A DNA stretch of 64,000 bases, taken from positions 35,756,121 to 35,820,120 of the forward strand of contig NC_083435.1 of assembly GCF_020745735.1 (NCBI RefSeq). Reading direction: 5' to 3'. Below, piece by piece: positions 11,801 to 23,300 of this stretch. The position numbers and the translations under genes were made by a program. This stretch comes from Hemiscyllium ocellatum (lineage: Eukaryota). Every line of letters starts with the position of its first letter. Positions within the stretch are counted from its first letter, which is position 1. Below the pieces are notes generated by a model. That model searched no databases. It worked only from the letters and a program-made list of their open reading frames with translations, and was not told where the DNA came from.

Positions 11801-14800
11801 GCCCTCTTGACCTCATCTCACCCACTAGTGGAAGCATCTCTCCATTTCTGTTTAGTCGATTCCCTTCATAATTTTATATGTTTCTGTAAGATCCCCCCTC
11901 AGTCTTCTAAATTCCAATGAATATAATCCCAGTCTACTCAGTCCCTCTTCAGAAGCCAACCCCTCCCCCTCAACTCCTGAATCAATCTAATGAACCTCCT
12001 CTGCTCAGGCTCCAGTGCCAATACATTTTTTCTCAAGTAAGGAGTCCAAAACTGCACACAGTACGCCAGGTGTGGCCTCACCAGCTCCCTGCAACATTAC
12101 CACTCTGCTTTTAAACTCACTCCGTTTAGCAAAGCAAGACGGAATTCCATTTGCCTTTTAATTATTCGTTTTACCTGGAGACCAACCTTTCGTGATTCAT
12201 GCACAAGGACACCCAGGTCCCTCTGCACAACAGCATGCTGTAACTTTTTACCATTCAGGTAATAATTGTTTGTATTGTTACTCGAACCAAAATGGATGAC
12301 ATCACATTTACTAACATTGTATTCCATCTGCCAGACTTTTGTCCACTCACTCCATGTGTCTATGCTCCTTTTCAAAGGTTCATAGTCCTCTGCACACTTT
12401 GCTCTGCCACTCATCTTAGTGTCATCAGGAAACTTTGACACCCTTTATGTGGTTCCCCAACTCCAAATCATCGAAATGAATTGTAAATAATTCCGGTCCC
12501 TACACCGATCCCTGAGGCACACCACTAGTCACTGATTGCCAGCCAGAGTAGCACTCATTTCGCCCCACTCTTTGTTTCCTGTCAGTCAACCAATTCTCTA
12601 TCCACACTGACACTCTACCCATAATACCTCTACCCTACTTTATCTTATGCAGCACCTTGTCGAATGCCTTTTGGAAATCTAGGTACACCACATCCACTGG
12701 GTCCCCATTGTCCACCTTGCTCGAAATGTCTTCATTGAATTCCAAAAGATTTGTGAAGCATGACCCGCCCTTCATGAACCCATGCTGCGTCTGCCCAACA
12801 GGGCAATTTCTTTGGAGATGCCCTGCTATTTCTTTCTTGGTAATAGTCTCAAGCATCTTCCCCACAACAGAGGTTGAGCTAACTGGTCTATAATTCCCCA
12901 TCTTTTGTCTACTTCCCTTTTTAAACAGTGGCATCACACTTGCTATTTCCAGTCTGCCGGGACTGCCCCAGAGTCCAGCAAATTTCCTGCACTTGCTATA
13001 TCTTCCACCATTTCTTTTAGAACCCTGGGATGGATTCCATCAGGGCCAGGAGACTTATCTATCCTTAGCACCATCAGTTTGCCCAATACTAACCCTTCTA
13101 TAATAAGCATCGTTTCCAGGTCCTCACCTACCTTCACCTCTTTGTCACTTACTGACATGATATTAGTGTCCTTCACTGTGAAGATTGATACAAAATACCC
13201 GTTCAATGCCTTGGCCATTTCATTGTTTCCCATAACTAAATGCCTCTTCTCATCCTCAAAAGGACCAACTTTAGCCACTCTTTTCCGTTTTATATATTTA
13301 GAGAAACCTTTGCTATCGGTCTCTATATTTTGTGCTAGCTTTTTTACTCATGCTGTATCTTTATTTTCTTTATTGATCTTGTTGTAGCTCTCTGTTGACC
13401 TTTGTAGTTATCTCAGTCTTCTAGTTTCAAGCTGTTTTTGGCCACATTGTATTCCTTCTCTTGCAATTTGATAGCCTGCCTTATTTCCTGTGACACCCAT
13501 GGCAGATTACCCCTCTTCTTACAGTCCTTCCTTTTCACTGGAATATACTTTTGCTGAACAGTTTGAAAAATTGCTTTGAAAGTCCTCCATTGCTTATCAA
13601 CTGTCCCACCACAAAGTCTTTGTTTCCAGTCTACTTTAGCCAAGTCCTCCCACATTCTATTGTAGTCTCCCTTGTTTAAGCACAGGACCTTGGGATTGGA
13701 TTTTATCTTCACACTATCCAGCTGTATTTTAAATTCAACCATGCTGTGATCACTCCTGCCAAGAGGATTCCTGAGTATGAGGTTGTTAATTATTCCTGTC
13801 TCATTATACAGGACCAGATCTAGGATAGCTTGCTCCCTTGTCGGTTCTATTACATGCTGTTCAAGAAAATGATCACAGATGCATTCAATGAACTCCTCCT
13901 GAAGGCTATCCTGACTGAGCTGGTTCAACTATTTATACGCAGATTAAAATCCCCCATGATAAATGCTGCACCATTTTTGCAGTTATTTCTTTGTTTATTG
14001 TCCACCCAATGTGATGTTATTAATTAATGGCCTATAGACTACACCAATCAGGGATTTTTTCTTCTTAGAAATTCTCATTTCCCCCTAAATGGATTTAACT
14101 TCATTCTCCATAGAACCTATACCATCTCTCAGCACTGCCCTGGTATTGTCCTTGAATAACAGAGCTACACCACCTCCCTTACCTTCTTGTCTATCCTTCC
14201 GAATAGTCTAGTATCCCTGGATATTTAACTCCCAGTCAGGACCATTCTGTAACCATGTCTCTATAATGGCTACCAAATCACGTTCATTCGCAATGACTTC
14301 TGGCTTTAATCCAGCATTTCCGACACCTACCAGCCTTGTCCTTCACAGAACAGGAACATACTGTCCCTGAACGTTCATTGTCTCATTTTTAAAGGCCTCC
14401 AATTTTTCATTCATTCCTTTACCTGCAAATAGCACCCCCACACCCCCACTCCAACCACCCCCCCGCCCCCCCCGACTCCCCCAATCAACTTTTGAGAGTT
14501 CATGTCTAATACTAGCAAAATTGGCTTTCTTCCAATTTTGATCAGTTCTGTCCTTTTCCATCACTACTTTAAGGTCAAGTATCATTCCTTCTCCAGTAGG
14601 TACATGTATATATTGAATAAGAACATTTTCTTATACACACTAACAAATTCCTCCCAATCCAAGCCTTTAACACAATGACAGTCCCAGTCTATGTTTGGAA
14701 GTTAAAATCTACTGTTACCACCTTAATATTCTCAGAGATATCTGAGATCTCCTTATGTATTTGCTTTTCAACTTGCTGCTGACTACTGGGAACTATAACA

Positions 14801-15280
14801 CAATCCCAACCAGGTGCTCATCTCTTCCTTATTTCTCAGTTCCACTTACATAACTTCACTGGTCAATCTCCCAGTGTATGCCTCCCTAAGTACAGTGTAA
14901 TGTTATCCTGAAATAAAAACTTTCCCTCCTCTCTTACCCCCCTTTCAAACCATCCACAGCATCTGTACTCTGCAACATTAAGCTGCCAGTCCAGTCTATC
15001 CCTGAGGCATATCTCTGTAATAGCTGCAATATCCCAGTCCCATGTTCCTAACCATGCCCTAAGTTCATCTGCCTTCCCTGACAGACCTCTTACATTGAAG
15101 TAAATGCAGTTTATCATTCTGACCTTGGTCACTGCCAAGTTCTTGCCTGTTTTGACGATTTGAGCTGTTCCCCTTAGAGCTGTACCAGCCTCAGCCCTTT
15201 CTCTTTACTCACTGTTACTTTGATTTGAGTCATCCCCTTACTAGTTTAAAGCCTCTGGAGTAGCACGATAAAGCCTCCCA
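8820..15280 (-). mobile_element. Stack of at least three nested, degenerate CR1 LINE fragments (RT, linker, endonuclease)
   Basis: 3' ends near 8820, 9664 and 11528. Minus ORFs include GNYRPVSSTSVVGK, DKSPGPDGIHPR, AILDLVL and RSDHSMVEF. Confidence 0.8.
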
Positions 15281-15664
15281 GGTAGCACAAGGAACGGACC
15301 ACAATTTACAAGACAGAAATTTTGTCATGTTTTTAAAATGGTTTGAGATTCTTCAGGTAAGAACAGCTTCATACCACCCAACATTGACTGGCCTGGCAGA
15401 AAAAGCAGTCCAAACTTTAAAGGCTGGCTTGAAAAACAGCCGACCCTCTTGATAGTTACCAAGGTATCATGGTTCTTATTTGATTATGGGATCACCCCAC
15501 ATGCAACAGCAGAGTTGGGACCAGCAGAGTTGCTGATGGGTAGAAGACTCTGCACCAGGTTGAATCTGATCTTCCCGGACCTGTGGGGGTGGGGTGTAAT
15601 GGCCTCAGGAACACCAATGCTGGACACAAGTCTCCGCCAAACAAGAGAAACTGTTTAATACAAG

Positions 15665-16309
15665 GAATTAAGGATCAGACCAGACCCCTGCAAAATATTT
15701 TAAGAAGGCAGCCTGGGACCTAACTTTATCTTATTTTAAAGGCACATGTAAAATGCTGTGTTCCAGATGCAATTCGATTGGTCACACTACTCAGCTTTAG
15801 GCAAAACACACTTTATCAAAACACTAGAGATAAAATATAACCAAAGAATATATAAATCTATCAGAAAAATTAACAAATCAATAGACACAGTGCCGATTAC
15901 TAATTAATGATTTAATGTAGTAACATCTCATAAACACACCCCTTGGCAAAGTTCAGAAAATAGATTTGTCTCACAGGTAACTGCAGCAAGCCAGAAGGAA
16001 AAGCTTCAAGAGAAAGCTCAGAGAGAGGAGCAGCAAGGAGACATTTACTGTAATTCCGAGCCTGTTGAGACTCCAACAGTAACTGATGCTGAATTGCAAA
16101 GCTAAAAAACTACAAATTAGAAATCTCGGTCCGAGAGCTGGCCACACCCATCCAGGCTGCTTCTATTGTTCCTGCTTTAAAAAACCCAAGGCCTCGTAAG
16201 CCAGTCACTTCACTGGCTTTCCAACCAGACAGCTTGACACCTCTGCTTTACAACTTCTCTTTGAAAAGAAACAGGACAAAATAATCTCTTAAAGTCGCAG
16301 TATCATCAC
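15665..16309 (-). mobile_element. Solo-LTR-like interspersed repeat; second copy at about 30735-31325
   Basis: The two segments share CAGACCCC..AAA..ATTT.AAGAA.GCAGCC...CCTAAC, ACACCC.TTGGCAAA and a similar end. No ORF. Strand and LTR identity are tentative. Confidence 0.5.
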
Positions 16310-16794
16310 AGTAAGGGGAGGAGGTTTGGTGTAAGAATGATGGAAATGGTCCTGTATGGGAAAGAGGCATTCTCCATGTGAGATCGGGACCAGTGATGTG
16401 GAAAGGTCAGGCAGGTGTGATGGTCCTGAACCCCCCCACCCAGCGCAAGGTCTGTTTGAAAGTTGTAAATTTGTAAACAATGCAGGAGCAAAACATACCA
16501 TACCCCCCTGAGCTGCCAGAACTCATGGGTTCACTATATCTGTCAAGCATTGTTGAGAGTTTAGAATCTGAGATGGACATGATGGAGGAGCCAACTTGAT
16601 GCCTTTGCCACTGGAAGAAGAAAATAAAATCCTGCCAAGGCACTCCTGTCACAAGAGGCGAGCTCCTGTGCAGTCGATGCTGCTGTTATTATCTGCTGAA
16701 CATGGAGGAAGCTGTCCCAGTGCTAAAACACCCCAGGATGCTCTCCAAGGAAAATGGCTGGCCTATGTTCTCAGACTCAGAGGGGGAGGGAAGT

Positions 16795-17018
16795 TGTGAT
16801 TGTAACGAGGCTAGCCAGCAGGACCTCAGAGAATATGAGTTCCCTGATTGATCCAGCCCCAATCAGGGAGCCCTGGCTGACAAATAAAAAGGGAAGTGTC
16901 AGAGATGATGACACTCTGCTACCTGACTCTGAAAGAGTCAGTCCTAAAGTCAAGGACTGTTTATGTATAAATAAAGGGTGGTTCGGTGATGGATACCATC
17001 TTCTGTGCAGTTATTACA
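16795..17018 (+). repeat. Gypsy 3' LTR
   Basis: TG...CA ends, preceded by a polypurine tract; homologous to 5608-5841. Confidence 0.75.
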
Positions 17019-17173
17019 TTGATCCCATCAATGAGATCTGGAGTTCAAAATTTATTGAACCAAGTCCATCAATTCCCAATGGGTGGGTGAAACTAAAACT
17101 GTCCCCAATCAACACAGACCGAGAGTGGATCCAGGAACAGAGATAATCCTGATATTATTCCAATGTGTTTCAG

Positions 17174-17281
17174 AAATCCCAGAAAACAGTATGGTACGTT
17201 CCCATCTTATACTTTTGATTGGATTAATCGCTGCAATGGCTGCAATTTTCGGAATAATCATCTGGAAAAGGCCCTGGAGAG
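17174..17281 (+). CDS. MHC class I connecting peptide/transmembrane exon, copy 1
   Basis: Acceptor TTTCAG| and donor G|GTAAGA, phase 1-1. Reads EIPENSMVRSHLILLIGLIAAMAAIFGIIIWKRPWR: a hydrophobic span followed by a basic stop-transfer. Confidence 0.85.
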
Positions 17282-17679
17282 GTAAGATTCAGAGAGAGGG
17301 GAATGTGGAAGTGAGAGGACAGAGTGAGTGTGGGGGAATCTCCAGTACTGGGAGTATAGGGTACTGTGGGGAATGGAACTGATTGAATTCCAGCACAGAT
17401 ACACACATATAAACCCGTCTTGTTCCCTGTCTGATCATCCTTTGGCCTAGATCAGGTCTAACATTGATCAATAAACCCATCACACACACTTACATCCTCA
17501 CAGACTGAATATCAATGGGGTGGGAGGGATCTCCAGAATCTCCAAAAAGTGTAAGGATGGAGGGGAGTGTGGGAATGAGGATTTCTGACACAATCTCCAT
17601 CCCCTCACAGTTGTTGTGTTCTCACTCTCTGAGAATGGATTATTCCCCATCCTAATGGATGTTTATTTTGTTTCTGCAG

Positions 17680-17712
17680 GTTCCCCAAGTGGGACCTACA
17701 CAACAGCTCCCA
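17680..17712 (+). CDS. MHC class I cytoplasmic exon (33 nt) with YxxA motif
   Basis: Acceptor TTTCTGCAG| and donor A|GTAAGT. Reads GSPSGTYTTAP. Confidence 0.8.
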
Positions 17713-18080
17713 GTAAGTGACTGAGGGGACAGAGTGTTGGGAATGATGGGAGAGGGATTGAAAGGTGTAAAGTTACATTCTCCTGGATGGGACACTCATC
17801 AGTTTCCTCACGGTTCAGTTCTTCATGACTCTCTCATCCTTCTCTTCCCCAACTCCATCCCCCCACAACCTCTCCATCCAATCCTCACCCCCTATTTTCC
17901 CATTCCATACTCCCTCTCCCTCCACTCCTTCACCCTTCATTCCTTCTGCACTGTGCTGTGTGAATGTAGTTAGTCAGTGCTGAGGGTGTTTGAATCCTGG
18001 GTCCAGTAAGTGAGAGAGAATATTTCAGAGTGTGTAACTATATTTCATTCCATTTCAAACATTCTCTTTTATTTTCTCAG

Positions 18081-18112
18081 TTTTGGAGGTCTCTATTCCA
18101 GCTTCTGCATAA
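18081..18112 (+). CDS. MHC class I terminal coding exon
   Basis: Acceptor TTTTATTTTCTCAG|. The phase-1 frame reads ILEVSIPASA* (TAA 18110-18112). Confidence 0.65.
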
Positions 18113-18164
18113 TTTAGTCAATGAGATATCAATTTCTGTCTGTAGACTGATTTGGAAATTCTTC

Positions 18165-18432
18165 ACTCCCCTCCTGACCCTGTCCCACCCTCCCAGACAT
18201 CGTTAAACCCTGTCAGACTAATTCCCCTCAGTCCCTGACCCTGTCCCACCCTCCCAGTCACTGTTAAACCCTGTCAGACTAATTCCCCTCCCCTCCTGAC
18301 ACTGTCCCACCCTCCCAGGCACTGTTCAACCCTGTCAGATTCATTCCCCTCCCCTCCTGACCCTGTCCCATCCTCCCAGTCACTGTTAAACCCTGTCAGA
18401 CCCATTTCACTCCCATCCTGACCCTGTCCCAC
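18165..18432. repeat. About 61-bp pyrimidine-rich tandem repeat, about 4.5 copies, just downstream of the class I stop
   Basis: Unit about CCCCTCCTGACCCTGTCCCACCCTCCCAGTCACTGTTAAACCCTGTCAGACTAATTCCCCT. Confidence 0.9.
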
Positions 18433-18509
18433 CGACCTTTAAAACCTACTCTGCTTGTGACTTCAGGAATTTATAAAACATTGTCCATCATGATGTCATT
18501 ATGGATGTC

Positions 18510-19140
18510 TTGTTGGGATAATACAGGATATTGGGGAGGCTTCTTCTCGAGTACCTGTACATCTACCAATGTCATCTACTGCATTCGCTACACCCGGTAT
18601 GGTCTCCTGTATCAGGGAGACGGAACACCTTCTTGCAGATCTTTTCAGAGAACATCTTTATGTCACCTGCACCCACCAACCCAACCACCCCGTTGCTGAA
18701 CACTTCAACTCCCCCTCCCACTCCGATCAGGACATGCAGGTCCTGGGCTTCCTCCAATACCAAAGCATTCCCGCACACTGCCTGGAGGAGGAACGCCTCA
18801 CATTCTGCCTTGGGACCCAACAACCACACGATCAACAATGTGAATTTCAACAACTTCCTCATTTCCCTTCCCCCCACATTATCCCATTCCCAAGCCACCA
18901 AGTCGCACACGCTCCGGATCTGTCCATCACTCCCTCCTTTGACCTATCTCCTTCTCCCTCACCTTCATCCACCTATCACTTTCCCAGGTACCTTCCCACC
19001 TACCCTACCCCTTTCCATGTATTTCTCATCCCTGATCCACAAGCCACATTCCTGATGAAGGGCTTTTGCCCAAAACATCGATTTTCCTCCTCCTCGGATG
19101 CTGCCTGACCCAGCTTTTCCAGCACCACACTCTTGACTTC
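18510..19140 (+). mobile_element. Penelope-like element 3' fragment (GIY-YIG endonuclease and terminal repeat)
   Basis: CTSTNVIYCIRYTRYGLLY-GET..LADLFREH...HPVAEHFNS; terminal CTGATGAAGGGCTTTTGCCC. Confidence 0.85.
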
Positions 19141-19450
19141 TTCTAGAGTACTGTCCATTGCTGGTCGCCCTGTCATAGGAAGGGTATTATTAAGCTGGAG
19201 AGATTTCAGAAGTGACTTACCAAGAATGGAGTGTCTGAGCATATGGAGATGGTGGATAGGCTGGGACTTTTTCACTGGAGTGCAGGGGGTTGAAGGGTGA
19301 CCGTATAGAGGTTTATAAAAGCATGAGGGGTAGAGATAAGGTGAATGTTAGGAGCTTTTTCCCTAGGGTTACAGAGGTGGGTGCAGGTATTTGAGACTGA
19401 ATGGCATATTTTTAAGTGACAGGAGAAAGATTTCAAACAGACATGAGGAA
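19140..19450 (+). mobile_element. Degenerate CR1 3' fragment
   Basis: Similar to the RT C-terminus (GLFSLE.RGLKGD.IEVYK). Confidence 0.6.
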
Positions 19451-20383
19451 TAACTGAGGGAAGTTCCTGAAAGACCCATTTTGGATTTTTGTTGATAATA
19501 CATCATCTGCAGATCCCAAATTGAAGCCACATTTGTGACTGAATGCAGCAGCTCACAGAGTGGGACTGGCAGCAGTTAACAAAGCAATTCAGTGTCATGT
19601 AATGTAAAACCACATTCTGCATGTACATCAGGAATGTAAGATCAATGGAGCCGAGGTTTCTTGCTGTCCAGGTACTCTGATATCTAAGAAGCGATATGTA
19701 GAAAACAGGAGAGCAGTTATTTTCTTCTTGATACAGAGCAAGAAAATAATATTGCTGAAAAAACACATTTTGTCAAAGATTTTTATCTTACAAACATGAA
19801 GATGCTTTGCATGTGAACAAATCCAAAGGTAAAACCAACATTTCTCCTATGTTAAAGAAGGATCATGATTGGTCAACAAGTGGAATTTGTACTGAAAATA
19901 ACAAATGCTGGAGATCACAGTGGGTCAAGCAGCATCCATGGAGAGACAGCAAGCTCATGGTTCAAGTCTAGATGACTCTTGGCTGTGTTGAACCCAATAA
20001 TGCTGATCAACAGTTAACAGCCAAGCTTTGTTAAATTTTAAATCAGGCAGGTTAATACTGATTGGTCTTTGAGTTGGTAATCATGAATGCCTCACCTTTG
20101 AATCCTCATGAATGCAGGACCCAAACATGTTTGAAATATTGAGACTTTGTTCAATAATATTTAAGTTCTGTACAAGAAATGACTCTAGAAAACAATATGA
20201 AAACGATAGTCAGAGTGACACCAAGGGGAATTTGTGAATGAGAGTGAATTCATGAGCTGGGGGCTTATGGCCAGAGTTGGCCGATGCAGTGTGTAAGGTG
20301 ATAGGGGAACAGAGCAGTATAATTCTGGTTTTTACAGCACTGTTTGAACTACTGGCTGAATAATGTTGATCAGATAATTTAAT

Positions 20384-23300
20384 ATGATATCTTTCTTAGT
20401 TTCGGCACAACCAGAGCCTGATCACGCTCTCCACCATCAGGAAGCCATGGATACTGAGGTAGAACAGATGATAACTGAATCTAACTCACAGTTCACAACA
20501 AAGCCTGTTCTGGGAGAATCAGAACACAGCACAGGACCACATAACTCAGTGGAAGGAAACAAAACCACAACTGAACAAGAACAGAATTCAGTCCAAAGAG
20601 ATAATTCAGTTTCTGAAAACAATTATTCTGATATTAGTTATGGAAAAGTTAATACAGGAAACAGTATTCCCAAACTCCTCATGAAATTAGAGTATCAAAG
20701 TAAGAAGCTGATCCTGAGTGACATTCTCAGCATAAATACAGAAACACTTCAAAATCAATCACCTGATTCACCTCAGGAAATACCAGGATATTTTCTCCGG
20801 AATTTAATGATGGTTCATTCCAGGGCAAGAAATTTTAATTATGAACTAACTAAGACACAAAATCAGTCAGAATCAGAAAACTTGGATTTTCTATCTCAGG
20901 ATGAACGCAGTGAAGGTTTATACCATCCCCTGGATATCATTGTGTCTATTTTCCTGTGTGCTGACCCATTCGTGCAGCAGGAGCTGATGGTAAAGATGTC
21001 CCTGTGCCAGTTTGCATTGCCATTGTTACTGCCTGCTGGCAACAAAGGCTGCACCTTCCTCCTGTGGGCCCTGCGCTCCATTGTGAAGAAGTGGTGCCCA
21101 CTCTCACTCCGAGATAGTGTAGTCTTTAAGGAAACAAATATGGTGACTGCCGACATTCCCATCTTTTCCTTCATTCGACTCGGTTCCTGCTCCATCTCCA
21201 AATCAATGATTCTAAATGAAGTCCTCAGCCCCTCCCAGCAACATCACAACTTCTTCATCCATCACAACATGGAGGGCGGTGATATCCCTCGCAGGATTTC
21301 TGATGGTCTTGTCGAGTTGTGCTGGTACCTGCCCAGTGGGAGTGAGGAATTGGACCTTTTCCCAGAGCCAATGACCATATTAAACCTTCGAGGTGACGGT
21401 AAAGAGTTTCACACACAGGTTCAGTTTCTGACAACCATCTCTTCAGCTGTTTTTATTTGGGTTGATAATGTTGACAGTGGCTCAAGCAAGACCCTGAAGT
21501 CTCTCGCCCAGTCTCCAGCGAGTACATACATAGTGCTCACTGGGAGCAGTGTGAGCAGTGAGACTAAAGGGCATTTAAAGGAATTCATTACATCCTCAGT
21601 GTTTAAAAAGGAACAAATATTCTTTCAAGGAAAAAGAAACAATGCAGAGTTTACTAAGACACTGCGATCCACATTGAAAAAGGCCTTGGAAATAACCCAT
21701 CAAAATAATATTCGGAACCCCAGCCATTTGGAGACACTGGCAGTAACTGCAAGGGAGATGGGGTTTGCAATAGATGAGGATGACGAGCTGTGTTCACAGG
21801 GTAAAGAAAAATCTGGTAACATTTCTAACCCTATTGAAGGAGAGACCATTAGCCAATGCAAATCAAAAAACATGTCTTTTCAGGGTTTCACTTGGCAACA
21901 AGTTTCCAAAATAGAAAAAGAACAATGTCGCCTAAAACAGGGAAAAGAGAGTTCACCACAAAAATATTGGAATGACCTTGAGGAAGAGAAGAGGAAACTC
22001 CTAAAGCAGCAGCGAGAGAAAGGTATATCGGCTGATATGGAAAGATTTATGACAGCCCTGAGAGACAGGGATGAGAGGACATATTTCCTGCAGTGGATGA
22101 AATTCCGGTTGGATTCCAGATCGAGAGACACTCTCTCTGTTTTACGTGAACAGTATAAAGCTTTGTATGAGAAATCTCAGGGACAGTCAACAGAGCAGAA
22201 AGACCCGACAATCAACAAACAGTTACAGGAATTAGACCGACAGATAACTGCCAGCTCCCTTGGACTTGAACACTTCATGCGAGAAATCGGACTGATCTAT
22301 GAAACACTGATAAAACAGGAGAACCGTAATGAGGAAGAGAGAGACACAGTGCAAATATTACCCCACTTTGCTGCTGACCTGATGTTGGATGGGTTCCCTC
22401 TGGAGCTCATCGATGGAGATGTTTCCAACATCCCTTTACAGTGGGTCGCTGATGTACTGAAGGCAGTTGAAGCCAGGATTGGCAGAGAGACCCATGTGTT
22501 CGTGCTGACGGTACTGGGTGTGCAGAGCACAGGCAAGTCCACACTTCTCAACACCATGTTTGGTTTGCAGTTTGCTGTGAGCAGTGGGCGCTGCACCCGT
22601 GGGGCCTTCATGCAGCTCATTAAGGTTACAGGAGATCTGCAGAAGGAGCTGGGCTGTGGGTACATCATGGTGATCGACACTGAGGGGCTGAAAGCACCAG
22701 AACTGTCAGACATTGACGGCAGCTATGAACATGACAATGAGCTCGCCACCCTGGTGATCGGGTTAAGTGATGTCACATTGATAAATATGGCCATGGAGAA
22801 CTCCACCGAGATGAAAGACGTGCTGCAGATAGTGGTCCATGCATTTATACGAATGAGAGAAGTAGGGAAAAGGCCAGTTTGTTACTTTGTTCACCAGAAT
22901 GTGAGTGACGTGGCTGCTCATGATCAGAATATCAGAGGCTGCAAACTTCTGCTGGAACAGCTGGATGTGGTGACACGGGCAGCAGCTAAAATGGAAAAAA
23001 GGGATGGACAGTTCAGCAAGTTCTCCGATGTGTTAGAGTATGATCCGATGGAGAATAACTGGAATATCCCAGGCCTGTGGCACGGGAATCCACCCATGGC
23101 AGCTGTTAATACCAGCTACAGCCACAAGGTGTTTGAGCTGAAGAAAAGGCTTTTTCAGAATCTGAAAGAGAAGAGAAGAAAAGGGAGACTGTCGACCATC
23201 TCGGAGTTTATCGAGTGGACTAAATCCCTGTGGAACGCAGTGAAATATGAGAATTTCATCTTCAGTTTCCGGAACAGTCTGGTAGCCGAAGCTTATAAAG

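Larger units (their letters stand above)
5608..17018 (+). mobile_element. Decayed Ty3/Gypsy LTR retrotransposon, interrupted by nested insertions
   Basis: 5' LTR 5608-5841, followed by PBS-like TGGCGA. Gag 5877-6480; RT/RNaseH remnants 6700-8400; integrase HHCC and core start 8420-8680 (LHVDFTGAFMGSMFL); integrase continuation 15285-15660 (TPHATAELGPAELLMGRRL); PPT AGAGGGGGAGGGAAG 16779-16793; 3' LTR 16795-17018. Confidence 0.8.
1..18112 (+). pseudogene. Nonclassical MHC class I heavy-chain gene, copy 1 (leader and start of alpha1 lie upstream of the window); one premature stop in alpha1
   Basis: Six exons in canonical order, all joined by phase-1 GT-AG introns: alpha1, alpha2 (276 nt), alpha3 Ig-C1 (279 nt), TM (108 nt), a 33-nt cytoplasmic exon, and a terminal exon ending TAA at 18110-18112. 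In-frame TAG at 97-99. Confidence 0.9.

Noticed and set aside
19513-19671. 159-nt exon-like segment upstream of GVIN
   Set aside because: Stops in all three frames and weak splice signals.
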